The translations under genes and the position numbers were made by a program. Of a DNA stretch of 64,000 nucleotides, positions 21,345-32,415 are shown one piece after another. The notes below the pieces were generated by a model, which was given only the letters and a program-made list of their open reading frames with translations, was not told the origin of the DNA and did not search any database. Numbering within the stretch: position 1 is the stretch's first letter; the number at the start of each line of letters is the position of its first letter. Source of the stretch: Naegleria gruberi (lineage: Eukaryota); assembly GCA_000004985.1 (NCBI GenBank), contig GG738905.1; one strand, 5' to 3'.

Positions 21345-21947
21345 TCAATTCAAAACAACGGATGGGATTACAACGGCCATTACTACAATTAAACCTACCA
21401 ATGCTAAGAGAATCAAGAAGGGTAACCAAGTTTTCAATATGCCACTCACTCCATTAACATATTTTCCATAGAAAAACATTAAAAATCCAATTTCAACAAT
21501 GCCAATATTTCTATTCTTGAATTTCATTTGATTTAAACAATGAACCGTATAATGATGACAATTCTGACAAAAGAAATTATACATTTTCGATCTAAAACAT
21601 TTGGCTCCACTCTTAATATTCGAATCATAATTTTCCAATTGTTCTTGACTCAATTGATTCTTAATATTTAAATATCGGGTTGGTTTTCCAAATGCAAAAT
21701 CATCAACACTAATATAATAAGGTCCAGCAAAATCATGGATAATACCTTTTGAATTGGCAATACCCATATGTCCAACAAATGGTAAAAACCATGTTATCAA
21801 TGGAATTGGTGTCCAAACAATACAATAGGGATATCTATCTCTACTCGGATCAAATAATTCTTCCGATGATGATAAAATACCATCATAACTATTTGAGTGT
21901 GTTGATCCGATAATTTCCTCTGTATCTTCTGTATCTTCGTTATTCAT
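21345..21947 (-). CDS. TMEM222 / DUF778-like membrane protein
   Basis: YPYCIVWTPIPLITWFLPFVGHMGIANSKGIIHDFAGPYYISVDDFAFGKPTRYL resembles the conserved core of the DUF778 family. A C-terminal TM helix is present. Confidence 0.4.
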   Translation of the reverse strand: MNNEDTEDTEEIIGSTHSNSYDGILSSSEELFDPSRDRYPYCIVWTPIPLITWFLPFVGHMGIANSKGIIHDFAGPYYISVDDFAFGKPTRYLNIKNQLSQEQLENYDSNIKSGAKCFRSKMYNFFCQNCHHYTVHCLNQMKFKNRNIGIVEIGFLMFFYGKYVNGVSGILKTWLPFLILLALVGLIVVMAVVIPSVVLN

Positions 21948-22271
21948 TTTTTTTAATATTTTAATTTTGAAATTTAGTTAATTTTATTAAACAAGCAAGT
22001 ACATTAGGATAGTTTCCAATACGTATGAAGTAATATTCAAAATTTGTACCTTATTGAGTTGTCATATTTGACTATTTTATCCCAAATACTATAATTGTTT
22101 CACTTTACAGGATTTTGCTGGCTTCAAATTGCTAACTAAGTAAAGTTTGGTAGATTAAAATTAACTGTTTCATTTCTGAAATACAACACTGTTAATGGAT
22201 TAATTATTTGTTTTGTTTCCAAAATGCGTTTAGCTCCTTTCTGAAATGTCTTCAACATAAATACTTAATAT

Positions 22272-23372
22272 TTACAAAAATCTAGAAACATTCTTTCCAA
22301 AATCTTCATATTCATGCCTGTCTAACCAAACTTCTCGGAAGGTGGACATGGAAGAAAATATAGATCCTCCAATCCATGAGGAGTATTTTCTGGTAGGTTT
22401 CTCACTCACTTTACATTCGACACTTGAGGGAATCAAGTTTGAAAATTCCCTGTTGAATCTTTCAATAAATCCTGGAAACATTGTATTTCCTCCACAGACA
22501 ACAATGTTCTTAAATAAATCCTTTCTCATATCAATATCAGAACTTCTAATAGAACTATTAACTAATTCGTGAACTCCAACAAAATCAAGATCCATCAATT
22601 GAGGTTGGAACATTAATTCAGTTGCCTTGATTCTAAGTGTTGATACATTCATTATTGTTCCATCAGGTAACTCATATTCTTCAGTCTTTGGTTCTGTCAA
22701 CTCCTTTTCATAATTTTGAGCAACATAGCAGACTTTTCTCTTGGCATCTCCTGCAATTTCTCTTTCTGCAGCAGTGTAGCTTTGATATCCTGACTCCAAT
22801 AAGAGTGAATACAACGATCTAGTTAAATCCCCTCCTCCGAATGGTATTGTTTGCAAAGCGTTTCTAATTGGTTTTCCTTCATAAATAGGAAGAGCATAGG
22901 TCAGCTCTTTACCTGAATCCAAAACTGTTCCACTCACAATTCCAGAACTTTGCATAGCCATCACACCTTGAACTGAAAAATATAGAGCAGGAACTCCAAA
23001 TGATTCAAACAAAATTTCCATAATTTTCTCTCTACCTTCCACAGTATTGACAGGAGAATCAGCTATTAGTAAGGGATGATCCATTGGATCTACTCTCAAT
23101 TCATTCTTAAAACAATGAGCAAATATCTTTTGCAAATGATCGAAATTCGTGATGGATCCTCTTTGGAAAGGATGGCTAATATTCAATATTCCCCTCTTAC
23201 TCAAAGCATCGGATCCAACATATTCCCCTAACTGGAGAACATTCATCTTCTTGAATTGCCCCAAACATGTTGGAAGATCAACCCTTGGAGCATCATCTCC
23301 TGAAAACCCACATTTTGTATGACCAGAACCAATATCAAAAACTAAGCCCTGAGGAAGTTCATCTTGTTCCAT
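22272..23372 (-). CDS. divergent actin-related protein (actin-fold ATPase)
   Basis: LVFDIGSGHTKCGFSGDDAPRV parallels actin [23 protein letters not shown]. The protein is 366 aa, collinear with actin over its full length, and of moderate identity. Confidence 0.7.
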   Translation of the reverse strand: MEQDELPQGLVFDIGSGHTKCGFSGDDAPRVDLPTCLGQFKKMNVLQLGEYVGSDALSKRGILNISHPFQRGSITNFDHLQKIFAHCFKNELRVDPMDHPLLIADSPVNTVEGREKIMEILFESFGVPALYFSVQGVMAMQSSGIVSGTVLDSGKELTYALPIYEGKPIRNALQTIPFGGGDLTRSLYSLLLESGYQSYTAAEREIAGDAKRKVCYVAQNYEKELTEPKTEEYELPDGTIMNVSTLRIKATELMFQPQLMDLDFVGVHELVNSSIRSSDIDMRKDLFKNIVVCGGNTMFPGFIERFNREFSNLIPSSVECKVSEKPTRKYSSWIGGSIFSSMSTFREVWLDRHEYEDFGKNVSRFL

Positions 23373-23767
23373 TTTTTTTTAAATGTACCAGCACCAATGG
23401 TGCTAACAATAAACTATTTAGATTTTTTTTTAAATGTTAGATCAATACTTAATAGTTCAAAGCAGTTATTTAAGCATTAAAGTATTGAGCGTTGAGATAA
23501 AACTCAAAAAATAAACAATAGTAATAGTACAGATTCAGATATCAAAGTAAATTGTTGAATACTATTAAATTGATCACTATTGATTATTTAAATATTTTCT
23601 TCATACTAGAATTTGAATTACTAATGAATAAATCATTTACTGAATGTCCAATCCTTCCACACAAATAGAATATCTCAGATAATATTGTTTTCCTGAGTTT
23701 GATTAGAGTTAACTGCTTTTGCATTAGATTTTGCTGTCAATGACTGATGGCATCTATTTCACGAATA

Positions 23768-25002
23768 CTACACATCAATAATTATCACAAGATCCGATAA
23801 AGCCTTAGTGGACAGCAAAGAGCCAAGATTCCGTTTCATATGTAGTTCACCCTTTCTGGTTTCGTCAAATATCTCATAATAAATAACATATTGCCAACCT
23901 CCAACTGAGATAGTATTGAACTCTTCCCTATCAAATGTAGTAATATTAAACTTGAACAATGATGGATTAAGTTTGAGTTCTGATGGAGGAAAATCTGAAA
24001 CAACCTCACCAGCCATGAATACATCACCATTTGCTTTAGAAAAGTGTTAAATAAATGGAAAATTATATTAAACCTACTATTAATTACAACAGTTCCTCTG
24101 GAAGAACATGCTATCTCTTTAGGAATTCCAAAATCAAATTCAATTAATCTGAAATCTGAAAGAGAATCAATACCAGCATCAGCAATACCAAATGTAGATT
24201 GCTTCAAAGTATTGTAACCACATCCGAATATTTGATTATTCTCTAAAAGAACAATTGTATGGAAAAATCCACATTTAACATCCTTGATATTTGCAGGAAA
24301 TTCAAATGGAATCTTTTCGAAAAAACTTGATGAAAAATCATTATTAACTGAGGTGAACACATTAAAAGTGTTATCTCCTCTGGCATAGAGATGCTTATCT
24401 GAAGCCAAAACTACTCCACTTCCACAACATGCTGCAAGTTTAATAATTGTTGGGCTTTCTTTAGTATTCAATGAAAATTGCTGATTATTAACAAATACTC
24501 TTCTATCATTGGTTAATACTACATGATGTGAAGATAATGGTCCACAGAAAAACTTATTAATTCCTCCAAAACTCGAATAGTCCTCAATTTTAAATTTCGG
24601 GTCAGTTTCAATATAATCTATTATTCCAATTCTTGTCTTCTCCAATAAAAAGATGTGGCCACCACCCATTCTATATTGAATTTTCTTAGGATTTCCCATT
24701 AAATCATTAATATAATAACCAGTGACATGTTTAACTTCTTGTGGTGTAGTATCTGTTTCCATCAGAAGTGAATCAAAAACATTTGATTTCTTCTTAATTT
24801 TAATAGCCATAGAATTATCTGCAATACTACGCGGTTTACTTGTAAATTCTACCAATCTATTGGTATCACTACAAACAAAAAAGACAAATCTATCCCCCGA
24901 CAATATCTTACTAAATTTAAAGTCATCAAATTCATATTTTGTCCATCTAGTTGTACTTTCCAATCCCAAATCTATTCCATGAATAATAATTATCATCATC
25001 AC
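23768..25002 (-). CDS. hypothetical protein, 2 exons, possibly a beta-propeller/RCC1-like fold
   Basis: ORF 25002..24078 reads into a 45-bp intron (GTAGGT...CTAAAG, 24033..24077). The frame resumes in ORF 24032..23768. Weak GxN..GQxG-like repeats (FGCGYNTLKQ, LYARGDNTFNVF) are present. Confidence 0.35.
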
Positions 25003-25465
25003 AATTTAAATCATGTAATTCTAGTCTCCGTTCCGATAAAATAATAATACTTACTTGCTGAAGCAAAATAATTGGCCAGCCAAAATGATTTAGACATTTT
25101 TTCTTGTTGGTCAATTCTGGAATGGATTCAACACTCTTATTAAACTACTTGAGGTGTTGTGCTTATTTTCAAGCCAATAATTTTTGTTTATTATTGGATA
25201 ATGTTAGAGAATCATATTCCAAGTGAAAATTCTTTGAAGCTGTGCTCAACCAACATGTTCTTGCATTGAAACTCCTTCATTTATATGATAGAGAATATGG
25301 ATTAATCCATTGTGTTTTAACGTTTAGATATCCATTAATTCATCTCAATGAAGAAATTAATAAAGACCCTTACCAAGAAATTGGATGAACACGCAAAGAA
25401 ATCAATTACTTCCACAGTAATAAATCAATCCCGCACTTTACAGAATATTGAACTTTCTATATTGA

Positions 25466-27031
25466 TTACTCATAGCACTTATCGAAGTATTCAACAAATG
25501 ATGAATGTGAAATGGATGCCACAAATCTTCCTATGCTTAAATCATAGTACTCCTTAATGGAGTCATAATCTGCATCACCACTAACTCTAGATATATTTGC
25601 ATGCATTACAAGGTGGTGAATTAGCGATTCATTTTCAATAAAATGTTTCTTGACAAGATTGTGAACTTTTCCTTCTGACCAATTAGTAATTGGTTCGTAT
25701 TGAATGTCCATTGATTGAGGAATAATCTCTACATATGGAATCTCTCTTAATAAATCACATTCTAAAAATCTTTCCAATATTGAAAATCCTTGCAACGAGA
25801 TTCTCAATAGTTTGGGAAATCTTTTTCTTGTTAGCCCAGCAATAATATTCTTTTCAATTTTTTCATAATTCTCAATATTTTCGCAATATTCAGGGCAGTC
25901 GTATCGAATAGTCAGATCACGAACATTTGGAAATACTCCCTCTTCCTCTAGAAAATTTGAATAGAGTAATGCACCTTCATCAAAGTAGGTAATTGTACTA
26001 AAACGAAAACATAGATATTGAATATGATCTGGTATAGAAAATCCCTGATAGGTCCACTCATTTAAATTAATTGATAAAGCAATGTAATTCGAAGCCATTT
26101 GCTTAAAAATAGAAAAATCTTGTAAATTATTCAAATCAACCATTAATCCAAGGGCCTTTGTATCAGAAAAATTTTGAGTGAATAGTCCTTTAGAAATTAA
26201 GCAACAATTTTCAAAAGTATCATAACTGTTATAATATCCACTATGTTTTTCGCTATCAAAGTGTGAAATCATATCCAAAGATAACATGAGAGCCTTGTGT
26301 AAAAACAAATCATATGCTAAAATTTGATTATGCTCTTCTATCTTTTCAAATTTTTCATTTGAAAACATTAACTGTTGAATTCTTCTCTCAAATTGTTGAT
26401 TAACTTCATGAGTATCAAATTCATTCTCAATTTCTGTTATATCAACATTAGCACCGCCCCAACTATCAATACATTCTGAAGTATCAATTATATCAGCATA
26501 CTCTCTATTGCAATTCATTTCTGTGGTCTCAATTAATTTCTGCATTTTCACATAACCAATTGATTCCCCAACTGAAATATCCCCTTTTGCCAATGACAAT
26601 CCCTCCGATGATGCAAATCTCTGCCAATAAACAACCATCTCCAAAACATTTGAAACTCTCCTCCAAAATTCATTCATCTCCACAACAAATAATGCTTTAA
26701 ATTTCTTAGATACAGCACAACAAAACTTTTGTATCGTCCTCACAGTACTCAAATCCAATCGTTCAATCATCCGAGGTTGAACCACTTTTTTAAATTTCAT
26801 AATTTGATCATGATTATTTAATTCAATTTGATGAAGTGGTCCGAGCCAATACTCGAAAATACAACACTGCCAAATTTCCGTTGGAATTTCCAACAACTGA
26901 TGATCTTCTTTCATTTTTAATTTTTGTTGAAATTCGAAATTGTGGTTGATTGATGTAAAAATAGATTTGTAATTTTGAATTAAGGCTAAATTGGGAATCA
27001 ATTTTGTAAGATTGTCCAGCATTAGTGCCAA
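25466..27031 (-). CDS. F-box-like protein with C-terminal LRR-like region
   Basis: The N-terminal LLEIPTEIWQCCIFEYWL is F-box-like. Leucine-rich segments RFPKLLRISLQGFSILERFLECDLLREI lie near the C-terminus. Confidence 0.4.
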   Translation of the reverse strand: MALMLDNLTKLIPNLALIQNYKSIFTSINHNFEFQQKLKMKEDHQLLEIPTEIWQCCIFEYWLGPLHQIELNNHDQIMKFKKVVQPRMIERLDLSTVRTIQKFCCAVSKKFKALFVVEMNEFWRRVSNVLEMVVYWQRFASSEGLSLAKGDISVGESIGYVKMQKLIETTEMNCNREYADIIDTSECIDSWGGANVDITEIENEFDTHEVNQQFERRIQQLMFSNEKFEKIEEHNQILAYDLFLHKALMLSLDMISHFDSEKHSGYYNSYDTFENCCLISKGLFTQNFSDTKALGLMVDLNNLQDFSIFKQMASNYIALSINLNEWTYQGFSIPDHIQYLCFRFSTITYFDEGALLYSNFLEEEGVFPNVRDLTIRYDCPEYCENIENYEKIEKNIIAGLTRKRFPKLLRISLQGFSILERFLECDLLREIPYVEIIPQSMDIQYEPITNWSEGKVHNLVKKHFIENESLIHHLVMHANISRVSGDADYDSIKEYYDLSIGRFVASISHSSFVEYFDKCYE

Positions 27032-27613
27032 ATTTGTATTCTTTTAAGATGATTGAGTTAGAGGCATTATTAATTGTAGGCCAATCATCGAGGCAAGTTT
27101 CTTCAATATAGTTGTCAAATGAACACTATGAAGTATTACACTTGAGGTTAAGGCGCATTTCCTTCAACAAAAAAAACAACTCAAAATAAACACTTTAACA
27201 TGAAGTTCTCAATTTTGGCTCTTTTCCTGTACTATTTGTCTGCTCACTCTATTACATTAGAAAAAGACAGTTCTTAACTGATGCTTTGTGCCACATTACG
27301 GCAATTGCTAATACTTAGACCTACTCTGAATATATATTTATTGTGAATTGATTGCATTACAGTTCTATTGTAAAGATCAATGGCACTGTAATCAACAGTC
27401 AAATTTATCATCATTTATGGGTATGGCTGCAATGTGGATTACAATATCAACTAATAAGCAGTTTATATTCTCCATTATGGATATTATATTATATAATATT
27501 TGGATTGGATGATTGAAGGCGCAAAATAGTTTACCTTATCCGAAAAATTAAAGTAACTGGTAACTTCGTATCCCTTAGTGTCGAATTAAGGTTACATTCT
27601 AAATGAATGTGAA

Positions 27614-27684
27614 GCGTCGATGGTTTAGTGGTAGAATACGGCGTTGCCATCGCCGTGACCCGGGTTCAATTCCCGGTCGACGCA
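27614..27684 (+). tRNA. tRNA-Gly (anticodon GCC), inverted partner of 21140..21210
   Basis: It has the same 71-nt sequence as the minus-strand copy, followed by a T-run (TTTTTCTTTC). Confidence 0.9.
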
Positions 27685-28433
27685 GTCGCTTCTTTTTCTT
27701 TCATGGTCCATTCTCAATTTTTGAATATCATGTAGGAACCGTTTGAGGGTAGCTTGTGCCTTAGATGACTGATTGTATGGAGTAAAAAAATTCTTCTCAT
27801 TTTTTTTTGAAATCACAAATATTAGCATATTATGATTCCTTTTTGGACTAATAATTCCATTTACTTTTAATTAAAACCATTTACTCAATAAAATGAAAAA
27901 TTCAGTAAAAAAATAGGTATCAATCTGAGGTTATTTAAAAATCAACCACACATCTTAAGTGTCTAAATTTTGAGATAATTGATCTAAATTGTTTTATCCT
28001 TCCTTTTGTTATGATAGAGAGATGGTCTTACTCGCCTCGCATATTAAGCATGGATTACGAATGTTTGATCCAAAATTCAGATAATCCAATAATTGCATTG
28101 GAATATTTGAAAAATCACGCCGACAAATAATATGACTTGGATAAGGACTTGTTTAATTTGAATTTCGTTATCAAAGCAGTGGATCTTAATTCAGAAGTTT
28201 TTGACGTAGTATAATTTCTATCAAAACGATCCTAGTGTCATGCTGAAAGCAGCTTTTGGAGGTGGTCCTAATGTAAAAGGTTTATGTAAGATTAAGGATT
28301 TCACTCTTATCAAGAAGGTAATGAAAGCGAATCCACTCGCTCTTAAAAATTGTAAAGAAATTCAGATAAATGGGCCCACTAGCTCATAAAAGGTAGAATT
28401 ATATCAACACAAGAATTTTAACATAAATGTGCT

Positions 28434-28504
28434 CGTCTCGTGGTGTAATGGTAGCATAGTGGACTTTGAATCCATTGACGGAGGTTCGATTCCTCCCGAG
28501 ACGG
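28434..28504 (+). tRNA. tRNA-Gln (anticodon UUG)
   Basis: CGTCTCGTGGTGTAATGGTAGCATAGTGGACTTTGAATCCATTGACGGAGGTTCGATTCCTCCCGAGACGG has an anticodon loop CTTTGAA, a GGTTCGATTCC T-loop and a downstream T5 run. Confidence 0.85.
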
Positions 28505-28630
28505 TAAACGTGGCGAGCCATGAAATTTTTAACTCATTTTTTTAACATTACAATGTTAACTTGGTAAATTCTGGAAACTTGAAAAAAAAATGTATTTCAG
28601 TGTAGCTGATCCCAATAGGATCATGAGGTA

Positions 28631-29634
28631 TTATCTTGAATTAAGAGAACATGAGTAATATTTTCTGTGTGCTTTACCAACAAGCAGTGATAATAGACTT
28701 TGAATTTCATGCCAATTATCAATGATTTTAGGATTATAGGATTTAACTAAAATAATATTTAAAGCCTTAATAAAGCCTCTATGATTTAAATTGAGAATTG
28801 AATTGTGTCTATCCCAAAAAGTGTCATGGGGACGAAGCTTACAGGATGCTCCTGTAAGATTCGTGAATTTAGTTAAGAAATATCTTCTAAAACATTCGGT
28901 TTCTTCACAGTAGTATATGAAACGTTCCAAATCCACTTCACATTCACAGTTATCACAATAAACTTGACGAAATTGTCTAATATGTGAGTCGGTCATGTTT
29001 CTCCAAATTGACAATTTGGTTTCAGTGTCAAATCTTTGATCCATATATTTCAAATTGATATGAGTGAGGGACTGACTTTGGTTAAAAGGTAAGTCAGATT
29101 TATCCTCAAAAATATCTAAATATTCTTTTCTCTGGATATCTTTGATGTATTTTCTATAGTCAAAGATGATTGTTTTCTTATTAGTATTAATTAAAATCTT
29201 TTGGTTTTGGGATAATAGTTTGGTAATATCAATCATATTTTGTCCTTGTGCACCTTCTTTTGCTAATTTATCAACTATAATATTCTCTGGATCTTCATGC
29301 CCTTTCACTTTAACTAGATGGATATTTAAATGTTTATCCTTAATGGTACCAAAGAATTCTTCTTGAAATCCTTGAAAGTCTCCTCTGTAACTCTTTTTTA
29401 AAACTTCTATAGCAACTTGACTATCAGTAGGAACATTAGCATTGGAATGATTTGGCAGCATTTTGATTGCTGTCAAAAAAGCCATGATTTCAGCCACGTT
29501 ATTGGAATATTCTTCATGAATCTTGAAGGAATATTTGAAACTTCTATTTTCTGAATTAAATATATTAATTCCAAATCCCACTTGGTTTTCAATCTTTGAT
29601 CCATCTGTGTGAATATTAAATGAATGACCCCCAT
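28631..29634 (-). CDS. RNase H (type 1) domain ORF lacking an in-frame start codon upstream of the domain; possibly retroelement-derived or domesticated
   Basis: The frame opens right after a TAA and reads FGSNGGHSFNIHTDGSKIENQVGFGINIF ... NNVAEIMAFLTAIKML ... TDSQVAIEVL ... IHLVKVKGHEDPENIIVDKLAKEGA, which covers the Asp/Glu/Asp/His motifs of RNase H. The first Met is internal to the domain. A Cys-rich tail CDNCECEVDLERFIYYCEETECF follows. No reverse transcriptase lies nearby. Confidence 0.5.
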
Positions 29635-29682
29635 TTGATCCAAATTAAAATCATTAAATTGTTAAAAAAAACTTGAAAAAAA

Positions 29683-31659
29683 ATGTCATCATTTGAACAA
29701 CCCACCAAAAAGATAAAACTTTCCAGTGATCATCAAGTTCTGGTTCACCTCTCAGATCGTGCCTTCTCATCGGAAGAGACAACATTCCAACATCTCAAGA
29801 AACAATTAGGAGGTGAAAAGATAGAATCCTCTCTAATTGATTTAAAGATAATTCACCAATTGGAATGTATTAGAATTGATTGTAGTAGTATCCGTGCTAC
29901 TTGTGTTGCTACATGTCAAAAGAAGAAGGAATTATTTGTTGCATGTACTGATTGTAAAATTCGAGTCTATGATGTAGAGAGTAGAGAATTGAAGAGGACG
30001 ATCTCTACATTTGATTATATTCCAACTCGAATGGTCGTAGGGGATGAAGGTGAATTTATTGTTTTTGTTACTAATAGTAGAAAACAATGGGCCATTATTA
30101 GATTGGGTTTGTTGGGTGAGGAAAAGATTGATTGGGAAGTATGTAAAGATAACTCGTCCAAGTGTGAATTGATTTATAGAAAGGCAACTAGTGAAATATT
30201 TGTTGCCAATTGGAAAGCCCATAAGATTTTGGTGTTGGATGCAATCAGTGGCTCTTTAAAGTATGAAATTGCAAATGAAAATACTAAATCAGTTCAAAGT
30301 TTATACTATGATGAAAAGACTGAAAGTCTTTACGCATTTACTTCCCTTTCTTTGTATACCTATCAAGAATATAATGGAAATTATATGGGAAAATGTCATT
30401 TATTGAGATTATATGGAGAGAATTATGTGAATTGTGAGGTTCTTATTGAATTTGATGAGGAAGAATATAAGTTGAATAATAAGGGATTTTCCGGTATTAT
30501 TATGGATCTCTCAGCTCCTTATTATTTGCTTTCACAACAATCTTTAGTTTATTTGTTTGATAGAAACTCAAAGAAGTTAGTCTCCAAGATCAACACTGTC
30601 CATGAAAACTCCCGAGATGTTCTTCGTTATTCGTACAATCCTTCGAATAATGAGCTTTACAGAATTGGAGGAGATGAATCATTGGTTGAAATTTTACAAT
30701 TATGCAAAGTTGAAACCAACCATATTGATATACCGTTGAGTAGTAATAATTGCCAATTAATTGAAAAGTTGGGTGGTGTCTTGCCGAAACAAATTGTGAA
30801 ATACAGATACAATAATGAATACATACTGTCAGATGCACTTGCATATTTCATGAACATACAATTCCCTAAAAATGTAATGTTCAGATTTAATGTTAGTACC
30901 CCAAGTGAAACAGAGAACACAGAGGGAGATGAAAACCATGAAATGGAAGATGATGAAGAGGAATCCTCAAAAAGTCAAGTAAAAGATGAGGATGATGAAG
31001 AGGAAGAAGAGGAAGATTATTTGGTACCTTTTCCATTTAAATATTCAAACACAAAAGATAGGTCAAATGAGATTCCTCCTGAGGCTAGTAATTGGTTGAA
31101 AGAAAATCCTGATGGAATAATTATTGGAGGAGACTTTAATACAGATAGATTGGGAGAGGCTATCCAATTCGCATATGCTGTAAAAATAACAGAAACTGAC
31201 AATGATGACTTTCCAATATATATTCTCTTTGAGGATGGACCAGAACGGTACAAACTCTCTAAATTTCTTTCAAATTTGAAAGCTGTTTCTTCCTTTGATT
31301 TGACATCGTATTTCCTACCAAAGAAGGCCAAATATGAAATTGATTTTTCAAAAATTTATAATGAGCTAATCAACACAAAAGTCATTAATCCAGAAACAAA
31401 ACAAATAGATCCTGTCATTCTACTTGATGCTTACAGAAACCTTACTTCTGTTAATGATGACAAACATCATCAAATTTTCACAATTTGCTCCATAATCTTC
31501 AACGACGAAACCATTACTTTTGATAATGTCAAATTTAGAAAAAATGATTTGCTTGCTTTAATGCTATTTTACGATATTGATGCTATGGAAGAAAGCGATA
31601 ATCATCAACTGCTTAGGGCTAATTTTGAAGATCAAGAGTACGAAGATGTGTTTTGCTAG
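29683..31659 (+). CDS. hypothetical protein (658 aa) with an acidic Asp/Glu-rich tract
   Basis: A long ORF with a good codon profile, starting 45 bp from the neighbouring RNase H ORF. EDDEEESSKSQVKDEDDEEEEEED is the only distinctive feature. Confidence 0.35.
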   Translation: MSSFEQPTKKIKLSSDHQVLVHLSDRAFSSEETTFQHLKKQLGGEKIESSLIDLKIIHQLECIRIDCSSIRATCVATCQKKKELFVACTDCKIRVYDVESRELKRTISTFDYIPTRMVVGDEGEFIVFVTNSRKQWAIIRLGLLGEEKIDWEVCKDNSSKCELIYRKATSEIFVANWKAHKILVLDAISGSLKYEIANENTKSVQSLYYDEKTESLYAFTSLSLYTYQEYNGNYMGKCHLLRLYGENYVNCEVLIEFDEEEYKLNNKGFSGIIMDLSAPYYLLSQQSLVYLFDRNSKKLVSKINTVHENSRDVLRYSYNPSNNELYRIGGDESLVEILQLCKVETNHIDIPLSSNNCQLIEKLGGVLPKQIVKYRYNNEYILSDALAYFMNIQFPKNVMFRFNVSTPSETENTEGDENHEMEDDEEESSKSQVKDEDDEEEEEEDYLVPFPFKYSNTKDRSNEIPPEASNWLKENPDGIIIGGDFNTDRLGEAIQFAYAVKITETDNDDFPIYILFEDGPERYKLSKFLSNLKAVSSFDLTSYFLPKKAKYEIDFSKIYNELINTKVINPETKQIDPVILLDAYRNLTSVNDDKHHQIFTICSIIFNDETITFDNVKFRKNDLLALMLFYDIDAMEESDNHQLLRANFEDQEYEDVFC

Positions 31660-32415
31660 ATGTAAAATTCAATTCCCACGAATACAATTTTATTATTGAA
31701 ATACATCAACATTTTGTATTTGAGTTTGAAATAAAACTGCATCATCCTAGCCGTAAATTAACGAAAGTAGAAGTGCCGTTGTATGATTTTCATTTTGAAA
31801 TTAGAATATTAAATCCAAAGTCAATAAATTCAAACCCAGTTCAGAAGTTCATCCTTCTTTTTTCTAAAAGAATCTCAAAATAGCCGTCTATTCCAAACAG
31901 TTTCTGCAAATTTGGTTTTTCCTTCTGAAAAAAGATATTTGTTATCTGAAACAACATATTAAAATATTGAGCGGTCATTTTCAAAACTGATATGATAATT
32001 ACACAATCTTTGACGTGCAAGTAGATAGAACTCACAGAATAGTATGATATTGAGCCAATTTAGAGCATTTTGAAATTTCTTTGGAAATTATAATCATAAA
32101 TGGTGCTTAATTTTCCAAATCATTGAATAAATAAGAGTAAAGAATTATTCATGCATGAAACAATTTGTCACTATCTCATCCAAACAGTTCTGCAATTATC
32201 CAAAGCATCTAATTTCTCTATTCTCAATTTTCATATCCACATGTCACGTTGATTATTAGATTTTCCTCCCTTAAAAGGTTTGTAGTATTGTGCACAATAA
32301 TTAAAATGGGATTGTGTTTAGCCTATCTACAAATCTTTTTGGCAGTATAAATTGGATGCTATGTTGAGAATCCAATAATCAACAATTAAAAAACAAACAT
32401 ATCAATACTGCTAAA

